The notes under the pieces were generated by a model. That model was not told the origin of the DNA, did not search any database, and saw nothing but the letters and a program-made list of their open reading frames with translations. A DNA stretch of 64,000 nucleotides from Flaccisagitta enflata. Taxonomy: Eukaryota. Below, in pieces: positions 23,448 through 47,825 of this stretch; the stretch's first letter is position 1, and the number at the start of each line of letters is the position of its first letter. The position numbers and the translations under genes are program-made. The stretch spans positions 11,904,001 through 11,968,000 of the forward strand of contig OZ231126.1 in assembly GCA_965153355.1 (NCBI GenBank). Direction: 5' to 3'.

Positions 23448-24202
23448 TTTTAGGTGCGCCATAGCACCTCTATGAGAGGCTCTGTCTGTTGGTCGGTCGG
23501 TTGGTCGGTTGGTCGGTTGGTCGGTCGGTCGGTCGGTCACGCTCGAGTTGAAAATCTCGAAAAGAAGCAAAATTCAGTGGAAATGATTCAGAAATATGCT
23601 AGGATGATTTTTAGATGCGCCATAGCATCTCTATAAGAAGCTCTGTCCGTCCGTCTGTCCATCCGTCGGTCACGCTCGAATGAAAAATCACTAAAAATGT
23701 TTGAAATCAATAGAAAACTCATTTTAATCATCATAAATGATACTCGTCATTTAATTCACTAATACAATCAGCTACGGTTAGGTCTTATAGAGCTCGGGAG
23801 AGGACAGATAGGTCTGGTGATAGGTCGGATAGGTCTTAGGATAAGTCTAGAGAGATATAGCTAGAGATAGGTCTGATAGAGCTGGGTTAGGTCTGATAGA
23901 GCTGGTGATAGGTCTGATAGAGCTCGGGATAGGTCTGATAGAGCTGGGGAGAGGCCTGATAGAGCTCGGGATAGGTCTTATAGAGCTAGGAATGGTCTGA
24001 TAGAGCTAGGGATAGGTCTGATGGAGCTAGGGATAACTATGGATTAATAACGCCCGGCGGGATAGGTCTGATAGAGCTAGGAATGGTCTGATAGAGCTAG
24101 GGATAGGTCTGATGGAGCTAGGGATAGGTCTGATGGAGCTAGGGATAGCTATGAATTAATAACGCTCGGCGCACCGTCTTGGGCCGTGTATCTGGCCTTG
24201 TT
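23448..24202 (+). mobile_element. Longer HINE-like variant with an internal ~21-bp tandem array
   Basis: 5' ttttaggtgcgccatagcacct, (GGTC)n, gatagagctagggataggtct repeats (~23780-24150), 3' ggcgcacc...gccgtgtatctggccttgtt. A related copy is split at ~34459-38913. Confidence 0.65.
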
Positions 24203-24829
24203 TCATAGATATGAAGTTCGGTTTGCAAAAAGATTGTCAAGGGGTGTATGAAATTGATTTTTCCCCTGCCTTTGATCTATGATTTTCTTCCCCATAAAGC
24301 AATAAAACACTGTAGTTTAGGTTTGAATACTGTTATATTGTGATTTACCCATCTCCAAATCCTTCGATTTCCCCCACCCCCTCAATTATATGTACGAGCC
24401 TGGAATTGTCACAGCTTTTTTACTCAGTTTTTTTTTCCAACCCTTAACAACAGTGCTGAATTTTCCTGTAATTCTATTATTGAAATATGCAGGAGAAAGA
24501 GCACATTGAAATGGCAGAATTTCACATTTGACTATTTTTAGATTGTAGATCAAGGTAAACATTTTTACCCTCTCTGCTGTAAAATCTCAACAAGCTTAGC
24601 TACAGATCATATGATGGCATAGCTAAAGACACAGAGTTTCACATGGTTTCTTGTATTGATAGATATTGATATTGATATTGCTAAAGATTTTGATATCAAT
24701 AGATATTATCATTGATATTGATATTGATATTGATATTGATATTGATATTGCTAAAGGGAAAAGAGATCTTCGAGGGTCTGTGCCCTGTGGCTCCACTTGC
24801 GGTCAGATATCCGCTAGAGCAAAACCCTT

Positions 24830-27800
24830 TGAAAAAAAAAAGTATCCGACTCCAATTTTTTGCACATTAGTCTTAAAAAAGGTGTAGATTAAGAACATCA
24901 ACTTTATTTTTGCCAAATGCAAGCTCTGATGCCAACCTGGCCTTGGCTCAAGATTCCAGATGGAGTGCTCCAGCCTTCCAGATGGTAGCTAAAAAATTGT
25001 TCGAACTTTCTAAATTAGTAGCTAGACTTATTATTTAGTCTAGATGGGGAAAATAATTTAGAATTGATGATAAAAACATTATTTCTTTCGTTTTGGACCA
25101 TTATTCTTTCAATCTTTAAGGTAATAAAATACTATTGACCTTTTTCTAAACAGTCAGTGGACGAAACACTATAGGTATATATATCATACCGCTGGCTTCG
25201 ATCCAACATATTGCTCAAAAACAAAATACTGTATGCGACAATCAGTTGCTCAAGTTACAGCCGGCTGTAACAAACAAAATGTTGTATTCAACAACGGGTT
25301 GTTAGAATTACAGCCGGCTGTAATGCTATAATTTTGTAATATTACAGCTGGGTGTTATTTAAACCACTGGTCGTTGCATACAATATTTTGTTTACTATCA
25401 GCATGTTGGATCAAAACCAACGGTATGATATATATACCTATTATGTTTTGTCCGATGACTGTAAACCTGAGTTACAAGTACGGCTAGTCTGTCCCTCTGT
25501 TTATCATAATATCCAGCTTCTGAATCCAAGTGCCAGTGGATATGAAATTTTGATCCCTGTATATTTTTAGTCGCGGATATGTGACTACACCTTGCTGTGT
25601 GGGTTGGTAGGTCAGTAGGTAGTTGGTCCATCCATCACAATCCTGAATCGCAAGCAGTTTTTGCATTACTACCCCTGCCCAGCCGTGCAACTCTGGTGCC
25701 GTGTATCCGGCTTTGTTTTGTCTCTACTTTGTCAATTGATAATCATAGAAATCCTCTTTTAATAACCAAAACCTTATCACTTACTGAGTGAAATCTATGT
25801 TCAAATGAATCATTTTTCAGTCATTTTCTGGTATTTTGATCTATGAACTGCTGTTTTGAGTTTCTATCGGATTGGTTTATGATTTTTCAGCCTAAATAAG
25901 TGTATTCTTGATTTATCAACAAGCACGAAAAAAATGATTTAGTTGATTTGGTTTTGTATTGATATTAGATAATTTGAAAGCAATATGTTTAACTGCAGCC
26001 TTCAATTTTTTTCAACAGTCAAAAAATTTGTAAAAAATGTGATCTAACGAGGCCAAGCACAATGATTTTGGTCAATCCGTTTAGATTTGAGAGCTCTTTC
26101 GACATATCTTGTCCTTTGAAGATTTGAACTGAAAACTTTAAAAAAATGAGTTTCTCTTGAAAACGCTGTCAAATTAAAAGTGTTTGAGCTACTGACCTCC
26201 ACTTGGTCTTGAATGGAAGATATTATGTCATAGTTTGTTGATTTTCTTTCATTTTTTAGTTGGTTGTTGCAGTTTGGCTGCTATAATGATGGTTAGGTGT
26301 CTGTATATTTATTTCCTAGGCATCCATTGAAGGGTTAAACTATATTTGTAATTTGGATAGCAGCAGTATAGAGCCAATATCTTTTCAATACAAAGGTGAA
26401 TATTCCTATATTAACCTGTCCATGGCGTCTTTGTGATAGCAACATCTTGAATCAAAATATCATAGAACCTAATTCCTAAACCTGCTCTGTCAGGCTTTAT
26501 ATTTGGCTCAATATCAGGCTCACAATAATTTGTTTTTGGTTTGAAATATGCTCTTATTGGCAGAAAGGCTACCAATTCAGGACTTACTATCTTCGCCAAA
26601 AGAAATGTGACACCTTCTACCTAGAATATCTTGGCTCCTAAACAAGCTAGAGACTATTTAAAAAAAAACAAATTAATCTACTCCAAAAGATCTACAAAAT
26701 GAGTTTAATCTGGTAACTGTATCTTAAAGCGTTTAGAAATGGCAAGCAGAAGAAGGGAAATAATCATTTTCAGAATTGATAAAGAATTGCGAAAAAAAGA
26801 ATAAAACAATTTTCATGTAAGTTTAACTTTGGTTATCTCAGCTTCTGGAAAAGCAAATTGATCTATATCGAAAAATCTAAAAGATGAGCGCAATTTGGAT
26901 CCTGTAGCTCAAACCGTTTGGAAATGGCAAGCAAAAGAGTAGACATGTTTTAAAAATCATAAGCTTGAAAAAAATGGGGACTACTGAGAATAGGTTTTCA
27001 CATCTGTGAATAAAGAAATGTGTTAGAAATTGCATTCCAGATTCACAGCCTGGTCTGTTTCTCACAGAAAAAACTTACTTGACTTACAAACTCTTTCAGT
27101 TGACAAATTTTGTCACAGTATAGTCAATAAATCATATCATTCCCAGGGTGTCGCGTTTGTTTTGGCGAAGATAGTGGTTTAACCTTGCTCTTGATGTAAT
27201 CCTTCTTAACTCTAATTGTGGTCATTTCCACCCAAACAAGGTATTTCAAGCCAATAAGCTTTATTAAGCTTTAAACTTATACTCTTAGGCCTTAAATTAG
27301 CTCTTAAATCAGATTTTAGCTCTTTCAGACTTTGAATAACCTTCTTAGGCCTAAATACTTGCCAATGAACCAAAAATTTTTATGTTGTGCAACCTGCTCT
27401 CATTAGTAGCTAAAAGTAGCTAAATCTTTATCCTAAAAGTAGCTAAAAAAGTAGCTAGATTCCAAATGCCTAATCTGGTAGCTAGGGTACCCCATTTAGT
27501 AGCCAGATCTGGAAGGTTAGTAGCTAAGTTGGTATCAGAGAATGCAAGCCGAAACAATTAGAAACACTTTTTTTGGCAAAAAATGGTGGTTTTTTGAAAA
27601 AACAGCATAAAGATACAACTCTGAAGAAATATTATGCCCTGGTAATGATAAATAATCATCTTCCGAACAGTTGTGAGAAATTTCATGAAATTCTTTTGCC
27701 ATTAAGATGCCTAAAACGCATTTTAAAACTTGAAAATTTAGAAAAATCAGCCTTGTTGAAAATAAATTGACTAATAGAGCTCAAGGGATGTTAGAATTCA

Positions 27801-29560
27801 TAAAAATATACATCCCCACAAATTTTCATGCTTACAAGATGAATATTGGACAAATTATAACCAATAAAACAAATTACGACAATATGCAAATGAGCTTTTG
27901 GGCAAAAATTTCAAAAAACCCACTAAAATCGCTCTATCTTTCCAAAATATGATGGTTTTTGCTCTGTTAACCTACTTCAAACCTAGCAAGTCTTCTTTTA
28001 AATAAAAATTGAAGGAAATTTTGTTTATGTAATGTACATGACAGTGTTGTATAAATGCTGAAAGACACTTTCTGAGTTCTTGACAGGCTAAAAATTGTTA
28101 AAAACCTATTGAAATCGCTCTTTCTTTCCAAATCATGATTGTTTTCAATTGTGCAACCTAATTCAAACTTAAAGAGCATTTTTTTGTTCAGGAATTGAAT
28201 AAAATCTATAAATCTAATGTTCGTAGCAGTGATATCTAGATAGCTTACAAACAATAACCAGGATTGAAAGTCTATTGAATGAGATAATTGAGTGTTTATA
28301 TCCAGCATGAGTGTATGTAGAACAGTTGAAGCAAAGCACATCAACGTTTGAGCCAGTAGAAAATGACAAGGAGGAGGAGGAAGAGCAGATGACAAGTGAG
28401 AGTGAAGATGACCAATCTGATGATAAAGACATAGACAATGCCTAAAGCCTTGACATTTGCACACCCTCACAAAATTTGGGATTGTTCCCCTGGTGTGCTT
28501 GTTGCTGATGATCCTAGCTGTTGATTTGAAAATCTTACATGAAACACTGTTTTTAGTCGTGAACATGCAACTCTACAACCTGCTATTGTTGGTCCTTCTG
28601 TTTGTCTGTCCATCCGTCCATCCATCCGTTCATCTATCAGACTTATTTGATTACTGCTCCTATCTGAGTGTGTGATCAACCTTTTTTAAGTCCTTGCACG
28701 CGACTAAAGTAGCTGTGTATCTGGCCTTGTTCTTTTAAAAAAAGTATAAGGTTTCTCATTTGTTTATTCATCTCATATCTATCATTTCTTTTTGTTACTG
28801 ATACACCTGTCAGTTATTCATCATCAAATACATCTTGTTGCAAAGTTCTTATTGAATGGATTTCTTGATGATTCAGAGCAAAAGGCATAAGTTTTGAATT
28901 TGTTTTTAGTTTTGAAAGTTTTTTCTTCTGTCAAGAACTCAGAAAGTGTGTTTCAGCTTGTATACAACTCTGTCATGTACATTACATAAGCAAAATTTCC
29001 TTCAAAGAAAGCTTGCTAGGTTTTAAGTAGGTCATTAGAGCAAAAACCATCATATTTTGGGAAGAAAGAGCGATTTTAGTGGGTTTTTAACAATTTTCGC
29101 CCAAAAGCTCATTTGCATATTGTCGTAATTTGTTTCTTTTTTTTTTGTTATAATTTGTCCAATATTCATCATATAAGCATGACAATTTGTGGGGAAGTAT
29201 ATTCTAATGAATTCTAACATCCCATGAGCTGTTTTAGACATTATCTTTTCATCAAGGCTTATTTTTGAAATTTTTAAAGTTTTACAATGCATTTTAGGCA
29301 TCTTAACGTCAACGGATTTTCATGAAATTTCTCACAAATGTTTTGCAGATGATTATTTATCATTACCAGGGCATATTATTTCTTCAGAGTTGTATCTTTA
29401 TGCTATTTTTTACAAGAAACCACCATTTTTTTGCTAAAAAAAGTGTTTCTAATTTTTTCGGCTCGCAATCGGGTAAAATGAAGTTGATATTCTTAATCTA
29501 CACCTTTTTTAAGACTAGTGTGCAAAAAATTGGAGACGGTTATTTTTTTTTTCTTTTTTT
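24830..29560. mobile_element. Large foldback element with ~650-bp inverted arms; left arm split by the hAT element
   Basis: 24830-24923 + 27549-28100 is the reverse complement of ~28930-29560. Confidence 0.72.
24924..27540. mobile_element. 2.6-kb non-autonomous hAT-like element with nested inserts
   Basis: TIR ctctgatgccaac / gttggtatcagag; perfect 8-bp TSD aatgcaag (24916-24923, 27541-27548). Contains a HINE (~25565-25720) and a TIR element (26587-27174). Confidence 0.88.
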
Positions 29561-30379
29561 TTCAAAACTCTTAGAATTAAGCTTTTGGTCCAGCGACCGC
29601 TTGGACCAGCTGCAGCTCCACTTGATTGATTCCTTGCACAATATTGTCACTATATCACAAACTCGTTAAACACCTTGTAAAAGAAGGAATTGTCACTTTT
29701 TTCATGATACCACCTCATATTGCTTTTTTGGTGGATTTTTAAAGAGTTTTCCACTGATTATCGAGGATCGAGTTTCCCATGTTTCTTGTTTGATTTGCCC
29801 TCAGAATAAGAAACTGGCTGGACTCCTTTAATTGAGGAAGATGATACTATATGCCATTGATCCATCCACGCCGTGCTTGTGTAAACTAGTATATTGTGCT
29901 GTTAACCTCCTGGTTCGTTCATTCATATCATTGGCTTTATTTGTTTGCTTTCTGAGTTTTGTTTATTTTTCTATCTTGGGGGGTGCGGCATAGATAGTTT
30001 TCAAAACTAATTATGTCGTTTGCAATATTAAACAATTTTGAGAAAACAAAGCCAGATAGGCCAACGATGCATCCTCTTCTTTATTTATATGGTCTTTCTT
30101 TATATGGTCTTTCTTTATATGGTCTTTTTTTATATGGTCATTCCCTATATGGTCTTTCTTGATATGGTCTTTCTTTATATGGTTCTACTTTAATCTCACT
30201 AAAAATGTCTTCTATATAATCTGATTTTACGCTATGTTGCTCTGCTTTATTGATCCAGTTGTGTTTCATGTGTAATATGGCATAAATATAGTGGATTATG
30301 ATAAATGTGTAACCGACCGACCAACCGACGGACGGACACGCCCTCTTATAGAGATGCGAGGACGCATCTAAAAAAAACA

Positions 30380-31502
<1,123 letters not shown>

Positions 31503-31968
31503 ACTTTTACATCAAAATTATGACGAGTTTCGCGATATTGACGAATGCGTAACCAACCAACCGACCAACCGACCGACCGACGGACGGACACGGCCAATTA
31601 TTGGAAAAAAGTCGAATTACGTAATTCGACTTTTTGAAACGTAGGGGAGAAATAAAGTTTTCCATTTTTGGTTTGCGGCAATTTTTGGAAGTTGTGCAGT
31701 TTTTGGGCTGGGAGTATACATTTTTTGATACTCACAGCTAAGAAAGAGCTTATTTTTCTCTTTCAAATGGCGCCAACCAGAAGTCTCTACGATCAATAGT
31801 TTAGAAGTTATGAATTTTTGAATCTTTTTTTATTTTTTCGCATTTTTGCGAAAATCGATATTTTTCATTTATTCCAATTTTTTGGTCTTATGTAACAATA
31901 GGGAAGAGTAAACATGTTACGCAAATTGACCCTGACTTTTATGACACTAGCATTGATATTTTATTCTG

Positions 31969-32112
<144 letters not shown>

Positions 32113-32756
32113 AGACAAAAAAGATCGAAAGGAAAAAACGCACAGATTGAATAACAAAAACAGACAATCAACCAGACATCATGAAATGCACACACAGAAG
32201 AACAAGCACTGAAAAAAGAGACTTCCATTTACGACTTTTTTCCGGTCGGCGATGAGCCGCCTTTATTGGTAGAGATGCGAGGACGCATCTAAAAATCTTT
32301 CCCCGTCCCTACAACTGAAGTCCAGAATTTCAGCGTTTTTTTGTTGGCTCATCGGTTTCCTCGCAAGGAAAATGGTTCCAATTAAAAACGAAAATATATG
32401 TAGTACAAGTTATTCGGAATGTTCAAAAAAGATATCGTGGGCAAAGTTTCATGCATAAGTGTGCTGCTAACTTTTAATCTTAAGCTTCCAATGTTTACCT
32501 TATCTAGTATGCAACTGATGTTGCCAATTTGCAAATTTATTCAACGCATGAATCTGAAGACCGACAATGTACCTTTCTAGAAATCTAAACAATATTTTAC
32601 TGTCAGTCGTTGTTTCACTGTTATTTGTAGTCTAACTGATAATGTTGTTGTGCAATGATACTTTAAACAGGTGTGACAGATTATATTTACTGTAAATAGA
32701 ACAAACATGAATTGCTTTTTGATCTATATCTTGATAAAGCAAAAAACAAATACTAG

Positions 32757-32981
32757 TTTTTAGTCGCGTGCTACGCGACTCTACACTTCGCTTTGTCGGT
32801 CCGTTGGTCCATTGGTCCGTTGGTCCGTCGGTCCGTCGGTCCCTCGGTCCCTCGGTCCGTCCGTCACACTTTACTTTTTTTGTTTTTTTGCGGTCTTTGG
32901 CCTCACTGCTCCTGCCCGAATGATGAAGTGACCTCAAATATAGCCCCTGCCGACTGGGGTAGCCGTGTATCCGGCCTTGTT
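32757..32981 (+). mobile_element. HINE-like element
   Basis: Close match to 866-1076; an inverted neighbour lies at ~33073-33330. Confidence 0.72.
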
Positions 32982-33572
32982 TATACAAAGGATGTGGAGA
33001 GGATGTTCTCATTTACAGTTATCACCTCATTTAAACGCACCCAAGATAAGCGCTATGGCAGAATTCCGCTAAAACAAGGCCGGATACACGGCTACCCCAG
33101 TCGCGTGCGGGTGGGCAGAGGCAGTGGAAGAAAAGTTCACTAGGGCATTTGGGAAGGAGCAGTGAGCTCAAAAAGCTAAAATCGCCGAAAAAGTAAATAG
33201 TCGCAAAAGCGTTAGATGGTCAGCGGTACCCCTTCGGCCGCTGCCCAAAAGGGGACCGACAGACCGACCGACCGACTTACCGACCAACGGACGGGCAAAG
33301 CGGGGTGTAGACTCGCGTAGCACGCGACTAGAAAGGATGTTGAATATCATTTCAAAATACATATTGGCAATAACAGAAATCCATCCGCCGTTGCGAGATG
33401 TTCAAAAGATGTCCACAAGAGCAAATATTTGTTTAGATTCAAAGAACTCCAGGATGCTTAAGATGTGCATTCAAAGCTTATCTAGCATACTGCCAATGTG
33501 AGGAACTTGAGTACTTAAACTGTTAGAAGTAAGAAGCTAGAATACTAAAAATAGTGACTAACCTAGAACCTA

Positions 33573-33679
<107 letters not shown>

Positions 33680-36408
33680 AGTAAGACATAGATTTTGCGT
33701 CTACCCTTTTCCGAGAGGTACAGCCATCTTTGTGTCACACAAGCTTGATCAATTAATCTTGAAACAAGGCCGGATACACGGCCAATCCGTAGTCGCTGCG
33801 GGTGGGCAGGGGCAGTGATGCGAGTGGGCAGGGGCAGTATGTGAGTGGGCGGGGGCTGTGTTGACGCCAGGCAAGAGCGGTGATGGTAAGAAATCCGTTT
33901 TTAGTTGCGGACACGCAACTCTATAAGAGGCTTTGTCCGTCCGTCCGTCCGTCCGTCGGTTGGTCGGTCGGTCGGTCGGTTGGTCCGTGAACACGAGTCG
34001 AAAACGCTATGTGAGTGGGCGGGGGCTGTGTTGACGCCAGGCAAGAGCGGTGATGGTAAGAAATCCGTTTTTCAGTCGATTTTGCGTCATCAAGATTTTC
34101 GCGTGACACTCTTATAGAGTCGCTAGGCAGCGACTAAAAACGCAATTTTCAATTTCGAGTCGACTGTCGCCGGAAATCAGTCAATACTTTTTTCCCGTTT
34201 TGAAATTACGAAATAACTGCTGATCTCCTTTGCTGGGTATGTAAATTACGTCAGAGTATCCAGTTGATTGGATGATGCCTTGCATTAAGGATGAGGAATG
34301 AACAAGCACTTCTCATCACTCATGTTCTTATTGGGGTGTCCGTTAACACATAACTCATAAGTGTCTGTTAGTCGAACTCCGGCCAATTTCGTAGACGCTT
34401 TTGTCTAAACTGTACCTGCAGCTTTAGATTAGCCATTTTGCATTGGCACACAAGGAGGTTTTTAGGTGCGCCTTAGCAGCTCTATAAGAGGCTCCGTCCG
34501 TCCGTCCGTCCGTCAGTCCGTCGGTCGGTCGGTTGGTCACGCTTGAATGAAAATTCGCTGAAAACGTTTGAAATTACTCAAAAATTTTTTTCCATTCGAT
34601 GCATTCATCATTGACGTAACTCGATATCTTATTCATTATCATATTCGGCTACAGTTACGCCTGATAGAGCTGCGGATAAGTCCGATAGAGCTGGGGATAG
34701 GTCTGATAGAGCTCGATATAGGTTTGATAATATAGGTCTAATCTATGCCAGATCAACAAATAGGCTAAAAAAAGCTTAAGCTTAGGGCCCCGCGCCTCAG
34801 GGGGCCCCGCACCCCCTGTGAAAAAAAAATCATTAAAAAAAATATTATAAAGAAATATAATATAAAATAAAAAAATCTCAAATACTGAAATTCATTCTCA
34901 ACTGCTAATAGAGTAAATAAAGGTACAAACAAAAAAATAATATTTTCACAATCCTCATCTCAAACTAGCAACCAAAAACATAAAATTTTTTTTTCAAAAT
35001 GTAATCAAAAAGTTAGAAATATAACAAATAAATCTGCTTCAAACAAATTTACAAAATTTGTAAAATCTAATTTATGTAGCTTTTATTATTCAGAATAAAT
35101 TTTTTTTTTTAATGAATGAATGAAAATCTTAAAGCAACATTTGTTTTGCTTTCACAGAAAAGCACTACAAATGCCTTTCTGAAATCGTTTTTAATGTAAT
35201 AGATTTAGGATACCCCATTAGTTTTAAAGCAAAAATTCAAAATCACAATATTTGTAATATATAAGGGGTGGCTAAAAAAAACCTAATGGTAAAATTGTTT
35301 ACATAGAAACAGGCGGCCATCTTGGTTTCTTTTTTGGTTGCTAGGGAAAAACTAAGAAATGCAGCATCCGCAGCTCAGTAGAACAGATCTGCAATCTCAG
35401 ATTTTCTTGAAACCTCTGCCAATATTTTGGTGAAGCACTGTTGAAAACAAAAGAACAATGGGGTGTGATTGTATAAGCAAAACAATTTAGGGGGTGGTGC
35501 AAAGGTGACAATTTTTTGTCATCATAAAGCTTGTTTTCTTTTTTTACTGACTGATAAAATGGAAAACCAACACATCACTAGTTTTTAAACCTTTATCATA
35601 GTTACACATTTTAATTAAATTCAAATCAAAGTTTTGCTATGGTTTAACAAATATACTGCAATATGCAAATTAGTTTCAAAACTTAAAAAATAACTTGTCT
35701 TTCAATGTTCAGTAAAGCAAAGTTTTATTCATAACATTTCTTGTGACAATAAAAATATTGATGTCAATCAAGAATTTTACAAAAATCAAAACATTAAAGC
35801 CTCACTATTTTAATTACCAAGTGAATTAACACCTACTTTTCAAAAGCTATATTCTTTTATAGTCAAGATTTGAACCATAAATTTTGTATTTACCAGACTG
35901 TTTCAATTCTTATGACTAAAGAGATCATCTGCAATCTTTGCACAATGTTAAGGGATCAAAAGTCTACACGATTCATCATTAATCTCTGACTCAAATTGTA
36001 TATGAAATAATAGTAAAGAAAAGGTATGATATCTTTTAGACAATTCCTATTTATCTAGTCTGTGTTAGTTCAGGAATCTATACTGTTGGTGACAGCAATA
36101 TGTAAATGAGATTTTTAGAAATGAGGATCAGACTCCAAGTGATTGGGCTTGAAAAAATGTTTAATAATTCATATTGCCAAGTGGTTCTGATGCTCCAAGA
36201 CAAAATTGAATAACATTCTCAAATTAGCATACCCACAAGCTAACCCGTTCATCAGTGTAGTGATTACACCTTATTTCTACAATCAACATAGTTACCTGAA
36301 AAATCCTCAAAGAGTTACAGTAGATGTTGTCTAGGAAATACGGGGGAGCTCATAACCTCAGCATCAGTACAGTGAGGGGACTGATATTTTGTTAGTGTAA
36401 TGTATAGA

Positions 36409-36724
36409 CCCTAAGGGGTTGACGATGGGGTGTGGCATCCCCCTACGGCTTACCTTACAAAAAAAACTGTTAGTATAAAATGTTAGGATCAATCACTTTT
36501 ATGGCAGAATTTCAGCTTCATCTATTTGCTTTAATTGCAAAACCAGCCTGGGATTCGAACCTGGAACTTTTAAAGAAATGAAGTGATCAAGAGGGTTTAG
36601 AAGTCAAGTGAGTTAACCACTAGACCAATTCCAGCAGCTGTTTGGGTAGAGCAAATTTGTTGTAGTATATTCAAAAAAATTTTCTATCCACAGAGCTGCT
36701 ATACCCCATCGTCAACCCTATAGG
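36409..36724. mobile_element. Short TIR element carrying a tRNA-derived sequence
   Basis: TIR gggttgacgatggggt / accccatcgtcaaccc; internal - strand A box TGGTCTAGTGG and B box GGTTCGAATCC. Confidence 0.7.
36541..36635 (-). pseudogene. tRNA-derived pseudogene (Arg-TCT-like, with intron-like insert)
   Basis: gctggaattggtctagtggttaactcacttgacttcta-[~24 nt]-ttaaaagttccaggttcgaatcccagg; the acceptor stem does not pair. Confidence 0.5.
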
Positions 36725-38939
36725 ACATAAGCATTATACAGACACAGTTTCATTTTTTTGGCGCAAATGGTAGTTAGGATATGAGGGCCCACGTATTTCC
36801 AAGTCTAGATGACATCTACTGTATTTCCAAAAGGTTATCAATCATCTGTGAGAATATTAGGATACCGGGTCAAAAGCACTCCTTTAGATATCGGTTTTCA
36901 AAGATATGTCTAATTGCATGTACCTTGGCAAATAAAGATGGTATAATTAGTCAACTGAGAGTGCTATTTAAATACTCCAGCTTAGATCAAAACTGCTTAT
37001 CTAAATCATGTCTTCTAAATTATCTATACAATATTTCCAAATACATTGGGTTATTTCATAGCTGTATGAATGTGGATATAGACAACTGTTTGATCTGCAA
37101 TATGCAAATTAAGTTTTAAGCAGAAAGAGAAAAAATCATAGAATGTTCCATTTGAAGAATACTCATTTACATATTGTGGCAATGGACTTTTCTTTATAAG
37201 AATGAAGGTTTTGCATAAGTTTTAACTGCTCACATTTGATGTCGTAATTACATGGACTTTTAAAAGAATAATTACATTTTTTACATGGTCATTTTTTGTT
37301 TGAGTTTTCTTTTGAATTCTATTTGTATTTTTTTCCCAAGAAGCTAAGTTATAGTTATGGTAGATATCAAATTCTAAGCAATTACAGTTGCATTTTAGTC
37401 ACAAAATCTAATCTGCATATTGTAGTCAGAGAAATTTGTTTTGTTGAGAAATGTAATTGTTACAAGGCAATTGCTTTACATATGGAGATTTCTTTTTATG
37501 ACTATATTCTTCTTTCTTTAATCATCCACAATCTGAAATTAATCATTGTTTAAATTGAAGGATTGAAAGAAAAGTGTGTCTTAAAACACTATCTTTTGCG
37601 CAAAATAAAAAATAATGCCAACAAAAATCGAGCAATGATCAATTGCCTTCAATCACTGCCTTTCATTGAAACCATTACATGGGGCTATGATTTAGAATTA
37701 AGCTGAGTTCATCTGCTGATTTAACTTGGATCATTAAAAAAGAAGATATAATTTGTACATGGAATTCTCAATTCAAAACATTATATTGACAAAGCCTTTG
37801 TACAAGGAGCACAAGTGTTGTTTTTCATGGGTCAGTTGAAAGAAAAAGATAGGGAAAATCAAATTTGACCTCTGAATGATGCTATCATTTTCAAACTGAT
37901 GTGCATAATGTGGTTTGGAAACTTTCATACTTTTTTTTTAGATCATAGAATAGAAATGGTGGGATGGTTTTATGTTCATGTGAGGAATGTATCATAGCGC
38001 AAGAAATATTCACAATCTTTAGTCAACTATTTGTTTGTTCAAATTTTGAGCCTAAACGATAACTAAACACCTGAAAAGCTAAGATTTTAGGGATAATCTT
38101 AAGTTTCAATTCAAACACTCCACTTGTTAGTCAATCATTCCATTATTTTGAGAAAAGATGAATTAGTTCAAATGATGCTGGATATTTGTGAAAGAACATA
38201 AGGTTTTTTTTCTTTCTTTTAGCATGCTTGATTTAGAATTTTATTGGTTAGAAAAACAAAAGATGTGCCCCACCATTTTATCATTCAAACTCATTTGCAT
38301 CTTGTTGTTTGACCATTTTGTTCCTCTTGTAAACCCATTGAAACAATAACCATATTAAAAACATCCTCCTTAAGATTTGAATCTTATAAATGTAATGTTT
38401 TGAATTGCAAAAAAGTGAGTATCATTTCTTGCTTGTTCAAGTTCACACTTTCATTTGTTACCAAGAGCAATTTGAAATTTGTTTGTCATAAAGATTTACC
38501 CCCATTGTTCTTTTGTTTTTGCTCCTGACGCAGCGAAGTTTTGCAGCTATCATCGCTAGATGTCTCAGGGTGTAAATTTGCAATTCTACTGAGGAAAAGA
38601 GCAATTTCAGTCAGTAAAACTGGTTACTATTAGGTTTTTTAATAGCCACCCCTTATTTAAGATTTTTTTATACTATTTTTTTTTATGTTTTTGAAAAAAC
38701 GTTATGCATCAGTCTCTGTCCACACTCTTTATCAATTGATAGGGTCTTTTAACTATTATTGAAATTATGTGTGAATATGCAAAAAAGAAAAAAATTAGGG
38801 GGGCCACGCGCCCCTAGCTAAGCTTAGGGCCCCGCGCCATGTTGATCCGGCTCAGGCGTCTAATAATTAATAACGCCAGGCGCACCGTCTTGGCCCGTGT
38901 ATCCGACGTTGTTCTTTGAATTGTCAGCTTGACCCAGCC

Positions 38940-47684
<8,745 letters not shown>

Positions 47685-47733
47685 TGATAATGACGACCAC
47701 AAAGATGACGATGATGATCAGATGATGATGAAT

Positions 47734-47825
<92 letters not shown>

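Larger units (their letters stand above)
35264..38653. mobile_element. 3.4-kb AT-rich TIR element (TA flanks), no intact transposase ORF
   Basis: ta|aggggtggctaaaaaaaacctaatggtaa ... ttactattaggttttttaatagccacccct|ta; further inverted match aaaagaacaatgggg (~35449) / ccccattgttctttt (~38500). Confidence 0.7.
34743..38856. mobile_element. Degenerate hAT-like element splitting a HINE
   Basis: Ends gccagatcaaca / tgttgatccggc with aagcttagggccc subterminal motifs; flanks ggtctaat/cgtctaat (7/8 TSD). Confidence 0.6.

Noticed and set aside
36781-37553. ORFs in the AT-rich TIR element as a transposase
   Set aside because: Short, AT-biased and without a recognisable catalytic motif.
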